From assembly GCA_009392275.1 (NCBI GenBank), contig VFGV01000011.1, forward strand, positions 78,895 through 142,894: a stretch of DNA of 64,000 bases, given 5' to 3'. Below the pieces are notes generated by a model. The model had not been told where the DNA came from, ran no database searches, and saw only the letters and a program-made list of their open reading frames with translations. The position numbers and the translations under genes were made by a program. How positions within the stretch are numbered: the stretch's first letter is position 1; each line of letters starts with the position of its first letter. Source of the stretch: SAR202 cluster bacterium (GTDB lineage Bacteria > Chloroflexota > Dehalococcoidia > Lucifugimonadales > UBA2962). This document shows positions 26,802-35,159 of the stretch, in pieces.

Positions 26802-29547
26802 AGATCTAGTTATCAATATTGATGGTAAAGAGATTAGAGCTAAACCTGGACAAATGATTCTTCAGGCAGCAATGGAAGCGGGAGTTTATATTCCATATCT
26901 ATGTTATTACCCGGGTACAAAGCCTTTCGGAGCGTGTCGTATGTGTGTGGTTTCAGTTGATGGTGTCAGGGGTACTCCAGCATCGTGCACAACGCCAGTT
27001 AGCCCAGATATGATTGTAAAAACTGACACACCTGAAATTGTCGAACTTCGAAGAGGTATAATGGATTTGCTATTGTCTGAACATCCACATGGATGTTTAA
27101 CATGTCATAGGATTGAGTTATGTGGACCAGCAGATGTATGTTTGCGCCATGTATCGGTAAATGATCGTTGCGTGACATGCCCGAAGAACGAGAGATGTGA
27201 ATTAAAAGATACTGTTCGCTGGTTAGAGATGGATATGGAGACTCCTCTTACATACCAGAATAGGCAAATACCTTTAAAGGCAGCTGACCCATTTTGGGAT
27301 ATGGACATGAATTTATGTATTGTTTGTGGACGATGTGTCAGAGTATGCGATGAGATTAGAGGTGATAGTGCATTAACATTTTTAAATCGAGCAGGTAAGA
27401 CTGTAATTGGAACTTCTCAAGGAACCTCATTGCTCGAGTCGGGATGCGAGTTTTGTGGAGCATGTATTGATGCCTGTCCTACTGGAGCATTAGTTGAACG
27501 GGATTATAAATGGGATAAGGCGATAAAAACTGTTGAATCAGTCTGCCCTCACTGTCCCGTTGGTTGCACCATGAAGCTCGAAATCAATAAGCGAGACAAG
27601 CTTATTCGTGCAATTCCAGATAGCCAGTCTTCAGTTAATAGAGGCCAGTCTTGTTACAAAGGAAAGTTTGGAAACAATTTTGTTAATAGTAAAAAACGAA
27701 TAACAGCTCCAATGATTAGAAGTGAGGGAGAATTAAAAGAAGTGGGTTGGAATGAAGCAATTTCGACTGTTGCTGAAAAAATAAATGATTACAGAAATAA
27801 TGATAAATATTATTTATTGTTATCTTCAAGGTCAACAAATGAAGAAGCTTTTGTTGCGCAAAAGTTTGGACGTAGTGTTATGGGTACCAATAACGTAAAT
27901 GTGTCCTCTAATATTAGACCGGAATTGGTTGAATATTTAGGCCAGATGCTCGGTACATATGCGGGAACAAATTCTATCTGGGACCTCGAAAAGTCCCAAT
28001 CGATTTTGGTGGTTTCAGCGAATATGACTGAACAGCATAATGTGGCGGCATTGCCAATAAAACATGCAGTTAAAAATGGATCTGATCTTATTGTTATAGA
28101 TCAACGGGAAACTGAATTGACAAAAATCGCATCTATTTGGTTAAGACCTAAGCCAAACACCGAATCTGTTCTTATTGGAGCAATGCTAAAGGTTATTATT
28201 GATGAAACTTTAGATGACCATCATTTTATAAACGAAAAGACAGTCAACTCTGAGGATATGCGAAAATCTGTAGTCGCATTCGATATTATTAAAGCTGAGA
28301 GCATAACTGGAATATCTGCAGATGAGATAAGGAAGACAGCTCGTATTATTGCAAAGTCCAAACCGCTATCCATACTTTATGGATTGGAAACAATTAATGA
28401 GCAAACTAGGGCTGATTGCGTCAAGGCTCTTATAAATCTATCAATGGCTACAGGAAATATAGGAATTCACGGTGGTGGATTATACCCATTATTGAACGGA
28501 GCTAACGAGCAGGGCGCTAAGGATGCAGGTTGCATTCCTGACAAGCTGCCTGGATATCTAAGTTTAGATGATGAGAAACAAATATCAGAATATGAAAAAA
28601 TGGCTGCTTATTCAATTCCAAAAACTCCAGGCTTATCTATAAATGAAATGACCGAAGCAGTTAAATCTGGAGGATTAAAAGCTTTACATGTAATCGGTGA
28701 TAGCCCTTCATTAGTTAATGGTGAATTAGCAAAACTAGTAAATTCTATAGATAAACTTGAATTATTGATTGTACATGCTTCTTTAGAAAACGAACTCACA
28801 GCAAAAGCGGATATCGTTTTTCCAGCGGAAACGTTTGCTGAAACAGAGGGGACGTACACTAATTTAGAGCGAAGGGTGCAAATATTAAATTCGGCTATAG
28901 GTGCGAAAGGCTATCAAACACCGAGTTGGACAGTTTTGAGTCAAATAGCGAACGAGTTAAGTGTAAAAGGTTTTGAGTATCAGACTTCGATGCAAGTATT
29001 TGATGAACTTAGGCGTCAAGTTGTACCTTACAAAGGTATTTCATATGAAAAATTACGAAATACATCAGGTATACAATGGCCATGTTCGCACAACGAATCT
29101 GAAGGCATCTCAACTTTACATGCCGAGGAAAACACTAATTCTACAATGATCAAATTTAAAAGCATAAAGTTAAATATACCTGCTAATTTAAACAATACTG
29201 AGGGACGATTGTTTTTAGCCGAGGGTCGTGTGTTATTACAGTCCGAACGCAAATTTCAACTTGTGACAAATAATAAAAGAAATGAAATATCACGTGAAGA
29301 AATCCTTGAAATCAACCCATTGGATGCAAAAGGGCTAGATCTTAAAGATGGAGATCTTGTTGAGCTTGAAGGTGATGAAATAAAATTAAAGTTGAAGGTT
29401 CACATTAATGGCATTCAGCAGGGACTAGTGGCAACCACTGAACTATTTGGTTCCTATGCGGGACGCCTCGATTTAACCTCTGATCCAGACCCTGTGTTAA
29501 GCGCGAAGAACCTATCTTTAATTCCTGTTAAATTAAAAACCATATAA
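26794..29547 (+). CDS. NuoG / formate-dehydrogenase-alpha-like Fe-S plus molybdopterin-fold subunit with a degenerate FDH active-site motif
   Basis: N-terminal [2Fe-2S] (CYYPG...CRMC). His-ligated cluster HPHGCLTCHRIELC. CIVCGRCVRVC and CEFCGACIDACP. MopB-domain cluster CPHCPVGCTMKL. Start taken at ATG 26794 (GGAG 6 nt upstream, 8-nt overlap with nuoF-like) rather than the track's 26731. Confidence 0.85.
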   Translation: MSEDLVINIDGKEIRAKPGQMILQAAMEAGVYIPYLCYYPGTKPFGACRMCVVSVDGVRGTPASCTTPVSPDMIVKTDTPEIVELRRGIMDLLLSEHPHGCLTCHRIELCGPADVCLRHVSVNDRCVTCPKNERCELKDTVRWLEMDMETPLTYQNRQIPLKAADPFWDMDMNLCIVCGRCVRVCDEIRGDSALTFLNRAGKTVIGTSQGTSLLESGCEFCGACIDACPTGALVERDYKWDKAIKTVESVCPHCPVGCTMKLEINKRDKLIRAIPDSQSSVNRGQSCYKGKFGNNFVNSKKRITAPMIRSEGELKEVGWNEAISTVAEKINDYRNNDKYYLLLSSRSTNEEAFVAQKFGRSVMGTNNVNVSSNIRPELVEYLGQMLGTYAGTNSIWDLEKSQSILVVSANMTEQHNVAALPIKHAVKNGSDLIVIDQRETELTKIASIWLRPKPNTESVLIGAMLKVIIDETLDDHHFINEKTVNSEDMRKSVVAFDIIKAESITGISADEIRKTARIIAKSKPLSILYGLETINEQTRADCVKALINLSMATGNIGIHGGGLYPLLNGANEQGAKDAGCIPDKLPGYLSLDDEKQISEYEKMAAYSIPKTPGLSINEMTEAVKSGGLKALHVIGDSPSLVNGELAKLVNSIDKLELLIVHASLENELTAKADIVFPAETFAETEGTYTNLERRVQILNSAIGAKGYQTPSWTVLSQIANELSVKGFEYQTSMQVFDELRRQVVPYKGISYEKLRNTSGIQWPCSHNESEGISTLHAEENTNSTMIKFKSIKLNIPANLNNTEGRLFLAEGRVLLQSERKFQLVTNNKRNEISREEILEINPLDAKGLDLKDGDLVELEGDEIKLKLKVHINGIQQGLVATTELFGSYAGRLDLTSDPDPVLSAKNLSLIPVKLKTI

Positions 29548-29654
29548 TAAAAAGAAAGCGAATATATATCCACAAAATTATGTGAATTACTTAATAGCAT
29601 TCTAGTCTATGCATGGATCAATCCTTCTTTTTAAATTTTATTTGAGAGTTACTA

Positions 29655-30437
29655 TTGACAAATATAAAAGAGCCAGCGAAAAATTTTAAAAGCCAAAAAA
29701 AGCTGCTAGATGTAAAGGTTAATAAAAGAGAAGACATTACTGATGACTTGCTGAAAATTTGGATTGAAAAACCTGATGGTTATGTATTTAAGCCGGGTCA
29801 ATACTGCACTATTGGAATAAATGATATTGAAAGAGCATATTCTATAGTTTCAGCTCCTCATGAGAGTGACCTTGAATTATTTGTTGAGCTAGTGCCTGAA
29901 AATGAAGGCGGCGTGTTAACTCCATTAATATGGGATTTAGGCCCTGGAGACATAGTTACAATAAGGCCACGGGCAAAGGGTATCTTTGTTTTCAACAATG
30001 AATGGAATAAACATCTGTTAGTTGCGACTGTCACAGGTGTAGTCCCATACGTTAGTTTCATTAGAGATTACATAAATAAAATTGAAAATAATGAAATAGA
30101 ATCTATTGTTCATGAAATGCATGTGTTAATGGGAGCTAGTTATTTCGATGAATTCACGTATGACGAGGAACTAAAGTCTGCAGCTTCTAAATATCCCGAT
30201 CTAGTGAGATTTGTTCCTACCGTAAGTAGACCAGATGAGGACAAAAATGCATCATGGACGGGGGCGACAGGCAGAGTTAACGAGATTGTAGAAGACTATG
30301 TGACTGCTAACGGCCTTTCATTTGAAGATACCTTAATATATGCATGTGGTCATCCAGGAATGATCGAAGATGTTAAGGGTAAGATGGCTCCTCTTGGCTT
30401 CACGGTGGACGAAGAGAGATTTTGGAAAGAAGATTAA
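29655..30437 (+). CDS. ferredoxin-NADP+ reductase-family flavoprotein (FNR/Fpr type)
   Basis: FAD motif RAYSIVS (R-x-Y-S). GGVLTP. NAD(P) motif LVATVTGVVPY. C-terminal YACGHPGM. Confidence 0.8.
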   Translation: MTNIKEPAKNFKSQKKLLDVKVNKREDITDDLLKIWIEKPDGYVFKPGQYCTIGINDIERAYSIVSAPHESDLELFVELVPENEGGVLTPLIWDLGPGDIVTIRPRAKGIFVFNNEWNKHLLVATVTGVVPYVSFIRDYINKIENNEIESIVHEMHVLMGASYFDEFTYDEELKSAASKYPDLVRFVPTVSRPDEDKNASWTGATGRVNEIVEDYVTANGLSFEDTLIYACGHPGMIEDVKGKMAPLGFTVDEERFWKED

Positions 30438-30532
30438 TCTCCCCCCTGCAAACAGCGTATTAGGTTGCAACAACATTTATCATTTCGTGTGAGTTTTTTG
30501 TCTCCTGATATCTTCACCGTTACAATGGCTAA

Positions 30533-33109
30533 ATGACAACTCCAGCGCGTCTGCAATATCTCAAAATCAAGGAACAATATTCTGAAGAAATTTTATTTTT
30601 CAGAATGGGTGATTTTTATGAAACATTCGACGACGATGCCGAGATCGTATCTCGGGTATTAGAAATAGCTTTAACTTCCAGAGAATTTGGTAAATCCAAT
30701 CGTATTCCAATGGCAGGAATCCCGTATCATTCGCTTAATAACTATCTTGGACGCTTGATCAATAAGGGGTACAAAGTAGCGTTATGCGAGCAGGTTTCTG
30801 ATGTTGGTGAATCTAAAGGGCCTGTTGATAGAAAAGTTGTTCGTGTTGTAACTGCGGGTACAGTGGTTGAAGACAATATGCTTGATCCAAAAACAAATAA
30901 CTATTTAGCTGCAATTGTTATAGAAGAACAGCAAGCCGGCTTGTCGTACACTGATATTACTACAGGGCAATTTTACACTTCGCAAATCCCGATGGATAAA
31001 CTAGAGGCGCAGCTATCTATATTGACTCCTGGAGAAATACTGGTTAATGATGCTGAGTTGGTGGACTTCAGTAGTACAAATATAAGTAATATTCCAAAAG
31101 TATCTGAAAGTGTCGAATCTTCAACTACCACTTTAAAAAGTCATTTTAAAGTACATTCATTAGACTCCTTTGGTATTAAAAATTCTCCCCTTGCTATTCG
31201 AGCTGCAGCGGGCATCATAGGGTATTTACAGAATAATCAACCTGAGGCAGTTTCAACATTGCATAGTATAAAAAGTTTTTCAATCGAAACTTATATGGTT
31301 TTAGATCGGCAAACCAGCCATAATTTAGAATTGTTTCAAAGTGGAAGATGGGGTGATCAAGATACTAGTCTATTTACTGTGCTGAATAAAACTTTTACAC
31401 CAATGGGCTCAAGGTTACTAAGGGAATGGATTAGTCGTCCCTTAATTGAAATTAAACCACTAGAGAGAAGACAGAAAACAGTAGATTGGTTTTATTCAAA
31501 TTCAACGGCACGACAGAAAGTAGCCCTTGTGTTACGAAGAATTTCGGATATCGAACGCTTAATAAATAAAACAAAGTCTGGTTCTGCAACACCTAATGAT
31601 TTAATAGCGATTAAAGAAAGTCTGGCTGAAATACCGAAAATCAAAGAAGTTTTAATTGATAATACCATCAGGGAAATTAACAACATAGGGAATAAGTTAT
31701 TAGATCATCAAGAAATAATTGAGTTGATAGAAAACTCTTTAGTTAATGAACCTAGCCAGAATGTCGGAGATGGGAAAGTAATAAAGTTAGGATATTCAGT
31801 TGAATTAGATGAATTGAGATCTGATGCAGGTTCTGCGATTGACTACATTTCAAGTTTAGAAAAAGATGAAAGACAACGTACTGGCATTAAATCGCTTAAA
31901 GTCAGCTATAACAAGGTGTTTGGCTATTATATTGAGGTAAGTAAAACACATATAAGTAAGGTGCCCTCTGATTACATTAGGCGGCAAACCCTTGCGAATT
32001 CAGAACGATTTATAACTCCGCAAATGAAAGAATATGAATCTAGAGTTCTATCTGCTAAAGACAAGATAAATGAACTTGAAAAAACTATATATAGGCAAGT
32101 TTGTGTTGAACTTTCTGGATCATATGAAAATATTCTTAATACTGCAGCGTTTATTGCCAATATAGATGTAGTTAGGTCTTTAGCAGAGGTGGCTATTTTG
32201 AATAAATATGTAAAGCCAGCATTAAAAAATGAAACATCTATTGTTATTAAAGGCGGCAGACATCCAACTGTAGAAAAATTAGTGCAATATGGAGAGTTTG
32301 TTCCTAATGATGCTGAGTTGTCTAACGATGATGCTCAACTAATTGTGTTAACTGGACCAAATATGTCAGGTAAGTCTACTTACATAAGGCAAGTAGCATT
32401 AATAGTCCTAATGGCGCAGATTGGTAGTTTCGTTCCAGCTAGCGACGCAAAAATCGGTCTGGTGGATAGAATATTTACACGTGTTGGATTGAATGACGAT
32501 ATAGCTGTGGGCCAATCGACATTTATGGTTGAGATGGTGGAAACTGCATCAATACTAAATCAAGCAACAAATAAATCCTTAATTGTGCTTGATGAAGTGG
32601 GTCGTGGTACATCTACTTATGACGGATTGGCAATAGCTCAGTCAATAATCGAATATATTAGTTCTAATTCCAGGTTAAAATGCAGGACTTTATTTGCAAC
32701 GCATTACCATGAGTTGATTAGCATGGCAGACAAGTTCTCGCTAGTAAAAAATTATAATGTACTGGTGTCTGAGAATAAGGACGGAGTCGTCTTTCTGCAT
32801 AATATTGTTCCAGGAGCAGCGACTCGTAGTTATGGAATTCATGTTGCTAAATTGGCAGGCTTGCCGCAAGAAGTTGTAAAAAGAGCCAATCACATCTTAA
32901 ATGAATTAGAGTCAGTCGACGGCACCACAACTCAAACCAGAGATATTATCCATGCCGGCCAACTATCTTTTAGATTGTCCGAGTCTAAATTACTCGAGAT
33001 TGTAAAAAGTTTGAAGCTTGAGAACATGACTCCTTTAGAAGCAATTACCAAGTTGTATGAATTAAAAGAATTAGTCAATGAAAATGAGCAAGATAGATCA
33101 AGAAAATAA
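30533..33109 (+). CDS. mutS: DNA mismatch repair protein MutS
   Basis: N-terminal TPARLQYLKIKEQYSEEILFFRMGDFYETF. Walker A GPNMSGKSTYIRQ. STFMVEM and DEVGRGTSTYDG. Confidence 0.95.
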   Translation: MTTPARLQYLKIKEQYSEEILFFRMGDFYETFDDDAEIVSRVLEIALTSREFGKSNRIPMAGIPYHSLNNYLGRLINKGYKVALCEQVSDVGESKGPVDRKVVRVVTAGTVVEDNMLDPKTNNYLAAIVIEEQQAGLSYTDITTGQFYTSQIPMDKLEAQLSILTPGEILVNDAELVDFSSTNISNIPKVSESVESSTTTLKSHFKVHSLDSFGIKNSPLAIRAAAGIIGYLQNNQPEAVSTLHSIKSFSIETYMVLDRQTSHNLELFQSGRWGDQDTSLFTVLNKTFTPMGSRLLREWISRPLIEIKPLERRQKTVDWFYSNSTARQKVALVLRRISDIERLINKTKSGSATPNDLIAIKESLAEIPKIKEVLIDNTIREINNIGNKLLDHQEIIELIENSLVNEPSQNVGDGKVIKLGYSVELDELRSDAGSAIDYISSLEKDERQRTGIKSLKVSYNKVFGYYIEVSKTHISKVPSDYIRRQTLANSERFITPQMKEYESRVLSAKDKINELEKTIYRQVCVELSGSYENILNTAAFIANIDVVRSLAEVAILNKYVKPALKNETSIVIKGGRHPTVEKLVQYGEFVPNDAELSNDDAQLIVLTGPNMSGKSTYIRQVALIVLMAQIGSFVPASDAKIGLVDRIFTRVGLNDDIAVGQSTFMVEMVETASILNQATNKSLIVLDEVGRGTSTYDGLAIAQSIIEYISSNSRLKCRTLFATHYHELISMADKFSLVKNYNVLVSENKDGVVFLHNIVPGAATRSYGIHVAKLAGLPQEVVKRANHILNELESVDGTTTQTRDIIHAGQLSFRLSESKLLEIVKSLKLENMTPLEAITKLYELKELVNENEQDRSRK

Positions 33110-33170
33110 TAAAATTCTGTATTTAATTGAATCAGTGAAATAAAATAACGGATATAGGGAGTCTAATCGA

Positions 33171-33965
33171 ATGAATATTCCAACATTTCCAACCAACCCC
33201 AAAGCAATTAGAAATTTAATCAGGAATGGTGAAGTGGATAAGTCCACAGCGGGTATGGCACCTGGCTATGTTCAAGCTAATCTGGTAATTGTTCCTAAAG
33301 ATCTTGCTTTCGAATTTTTGCTTTTTTGTAATCGCAATCCTAAACCATGTCCCGTTTTGGAAGTCACTGAAGCAGGATCATATGAACCAGTAATATTGGC
33401 ACCAGGGTCCGATCTTCGGTATGATATTCCAAAGTACCGCGTGTACCGCAATGGCGAGTTAGAAGCTGAAGTCACAGATATTGCACAATACTGGACTGAC
33501 AACTTGGTCGCCTTTCTTACTGGGTGTAGCTTTGGGTTCGAAACAGCTCTTATAAGAGCAGGCATACCTCTTCGTCATATTGAAACGGATACTACTGTTC
33601 CAATGTTTATTACGAATATCCCTACAAATCCTGCTGGCTCCTTTGCGGGTCCAATGGTTGTATCAATGAGACCTATAAAAAAACACCAGGTTGTTAGATC
33701 TGTTCAGGTTACTTCTCGTTTTCCATCGGTTCATGGGGCTCCAGTCCATATTGGCAGACCAGAAGAGATTGGAATTAAGGATATTAATAATCCTGATTTA
33801 GGAGAACCGATTGAAGTAAAAAATGATGAGGTACCAGTATTTTGGGCTTGTGGCGTTACTCCTCAAGCAGTAGCTATGAATTCTAAACCTGATTTAATGA
33901 TTACTCATGCTCCAGGTTACATGTTTATAACTGATGCGATTGATGAAGAATATTCAGTTCTGTAA
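33171..33965 (+). CDS. DUF1445 / UPF0317 putative hydro-lyase (D-glutamate cyclase-like domain)
   Basis: GYVQANLVIVPKDLAFEFLLFCNRNPKPCPVLEV, VVSMRPI, HGAPVHIGRPEEIGI, PVFWACGVTPQ, ITHAPGYMFITD. All are hallmark blocks of the family. Confidence 0.85.
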   Translation: MNIPTFPTNPKAIRNLIRNGEVDKSTAGMAPGYVQANLVIVPKDLAFEFLLFCNRNPKPCPVLEVTEAGSYEPVILAPGSDLRYDIPKYRVYRNGELEAEVTDIAQYWTDNLVAFLTGCSFGFETALIRAGIPLRHIETDTTVPMFITNIPTNPAGSFAGPMVVSMRPIKKHQVVRSVQVTSRFPSVHGAPVHIGRPEEIGIKDINNPDLGEPIEVKNDEVPVFWACGVTPQAVAMNSKPDLMITHAPGYMFITDAIDEEYSVL

Positions 33966-33993
33966 GCGAATTAAAAAACTATGAGGCTTAAAT

Positions 33994-34848
33994 ATGGAAA
34001 CAATTGAAGAAATTATTTTAGATCACGACAAGAGGGGCATCTCCTTGTTAAGAGAACATTTACCAACAAATTTTTGTGGCCAGGCAGCAGAAATTTTGTC
34101 ACAAAATTCAGGTACAGTATTTATTGTGACAGGCTTTTATATTCTGGCAGCTGAGGCTACTGAAACTGATGGTCCTCCTGGTGCGGTAGTAATTGGAGAA
34201 GCTTTGTCGAAGTTAGATTACAAGGTAGTTTATATTTCTGATTTATATACCACGCCACTCATTAGGTCGGTTGTTGGTGATTCAGCAGAAGTAATCGATT
34301 TTCCTATATTCTCAAATCAAGAGAGTGATGAGTTTGCAAATGAATTGTTAAAGAAATATCAACCTTCAGTAATTGTTGGTATAGAGAGATGTGGATTTAC
34401 TGAAGAATATAAATTCAGGAATATGCATGGCAAAGATATATCTGAGTACAACGCGAAAACAGATTATCTTTTTACGAATCATTCTAAAACTGTAGCGGTT
34501 GGAGATGGAGGCAATGAGGTCGGTATGGGTAATTGTGATCAGATAATTGCTAATAATCCAAAAATACTGATTGAGAAACCATGTATTACTAAAGTAAACG
34601 AACTTATTATCGCCTCTACCTCTAATTGGGGCGGATACGGTTTAATTGCCGCTCTATCTGAGAAAACAAATATTAACTTGCTTCCTTCAATTCAAAGAGA
34701 ACTGGAGATTTTAGATGGATTTGTAGAGGCTGGGGCCGTCGACGGGGTTTCTCAAAAACGGGTTAGTAATGTTGACGGGTTCTCTAAAGAAGAGAACAGT
34801 GCAATTTTACAGCGACTCCATGATTATCTAGGGTCAGTTGGTTTATAA
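33994..34848 (+). CDS. DUF4392-like protein (second domain of eukaryotic D-glutamate cyclase)
   Basis: TETDGPPGA motif after a Rossmann-like beta-strand (VFIVTGF), and later GDGGNEVGMG. Assigned from memory of the DUF4392 motifs, so less certain than the DUF1445 call. Confidence 0.6.
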   Translation: METIEEIILDHDKRGISLLREHLPTNFCGQAAEILSQNSGTVFIVTGFYILAAEATETDGPPGAVVIGEALSKLDYKVVYISDLYTTPLIRSVVGDSAEVIDFPIFSNQESDEFANELLKKYQPSVIVGIERCGFTEEYKFRNMHGKDISEYNAKTDYLFTNHSKTVAVGDGGNEVGMGNCDQIIANNPKILIEKPCITKVNELIIASTSNWGGYGLIAALSEKTNINLLPSIQRELEILDGFVEAGAVDGVSQKRVSNVDGFSKEENSAILQRLHDYLGSVGL

Positions 34849-34882
34849 ACATACACCAACTCTAAAGTAAAATTAGGATGTA

Positions 34883-35143
34883 TTACTGTCCTTTTTTGGC
34901 TTCAGCCAGCTGTGTCATTATTCGTGATTTGCGCCTGGAAGCGTTTGATTTATGGACAGCGCCTTTTTTTGCAGCTTTGTCTAGAGCGGAAACCGCGTTT
35001 TGAACCAACTCTTGAGCGTTATCAAGATCGTTTGATTCGATTGCAGTTCTTGCTGATGTGATTAAATTTTTAGCTTTAGTTCGCAAAGGCGCGTTGCGTA
35101 AATTCCTGCGAACTGACACACGATGTGATTTTTTACTTGGCAT
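34883..35143 (-). CDS. rpsT: 30S ribosomal protein S20
   Basis: MPSKKSHRVSVRRNLRNAPLRTKAKNLI...KGAVHKNSASRRKSR-type sequence. Start at ATG 35143 with GGAG about 11 nt upstream. The track's longer N-terminus is unlikely. Confidence 0.9.
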   Translation of the reverse strand: MPSKKSHRVSVRRNLRNAPLRTKAKNLITSARTAIESNDLDNAQELVQNAVSALDKAAKKGAVHKSNASRRKSRIMTQLAEAKKGQ

Positions 35144-35159
35144 TAATAAACACTCCGAT

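Noticed and set aside
26794-29547. Possibility that the FdhA-like gene is itself a selenoprotein
   Set aside because: The frame is uninterrupted (no in-frame TGA), and the position aligned to Sec/Cys reads Arg.
29566-29574. DnaA-box-like 9-mers (ATATCCACA here and again at 54834-54842), given that rpmH-rnpA often flanks oriC
   Set aside because: They are two isolated 8/9 matches more than 25 kb apart. There is no cluster, no dnaA or dnaN in the window, and no AT-rich unwinding element next to them.
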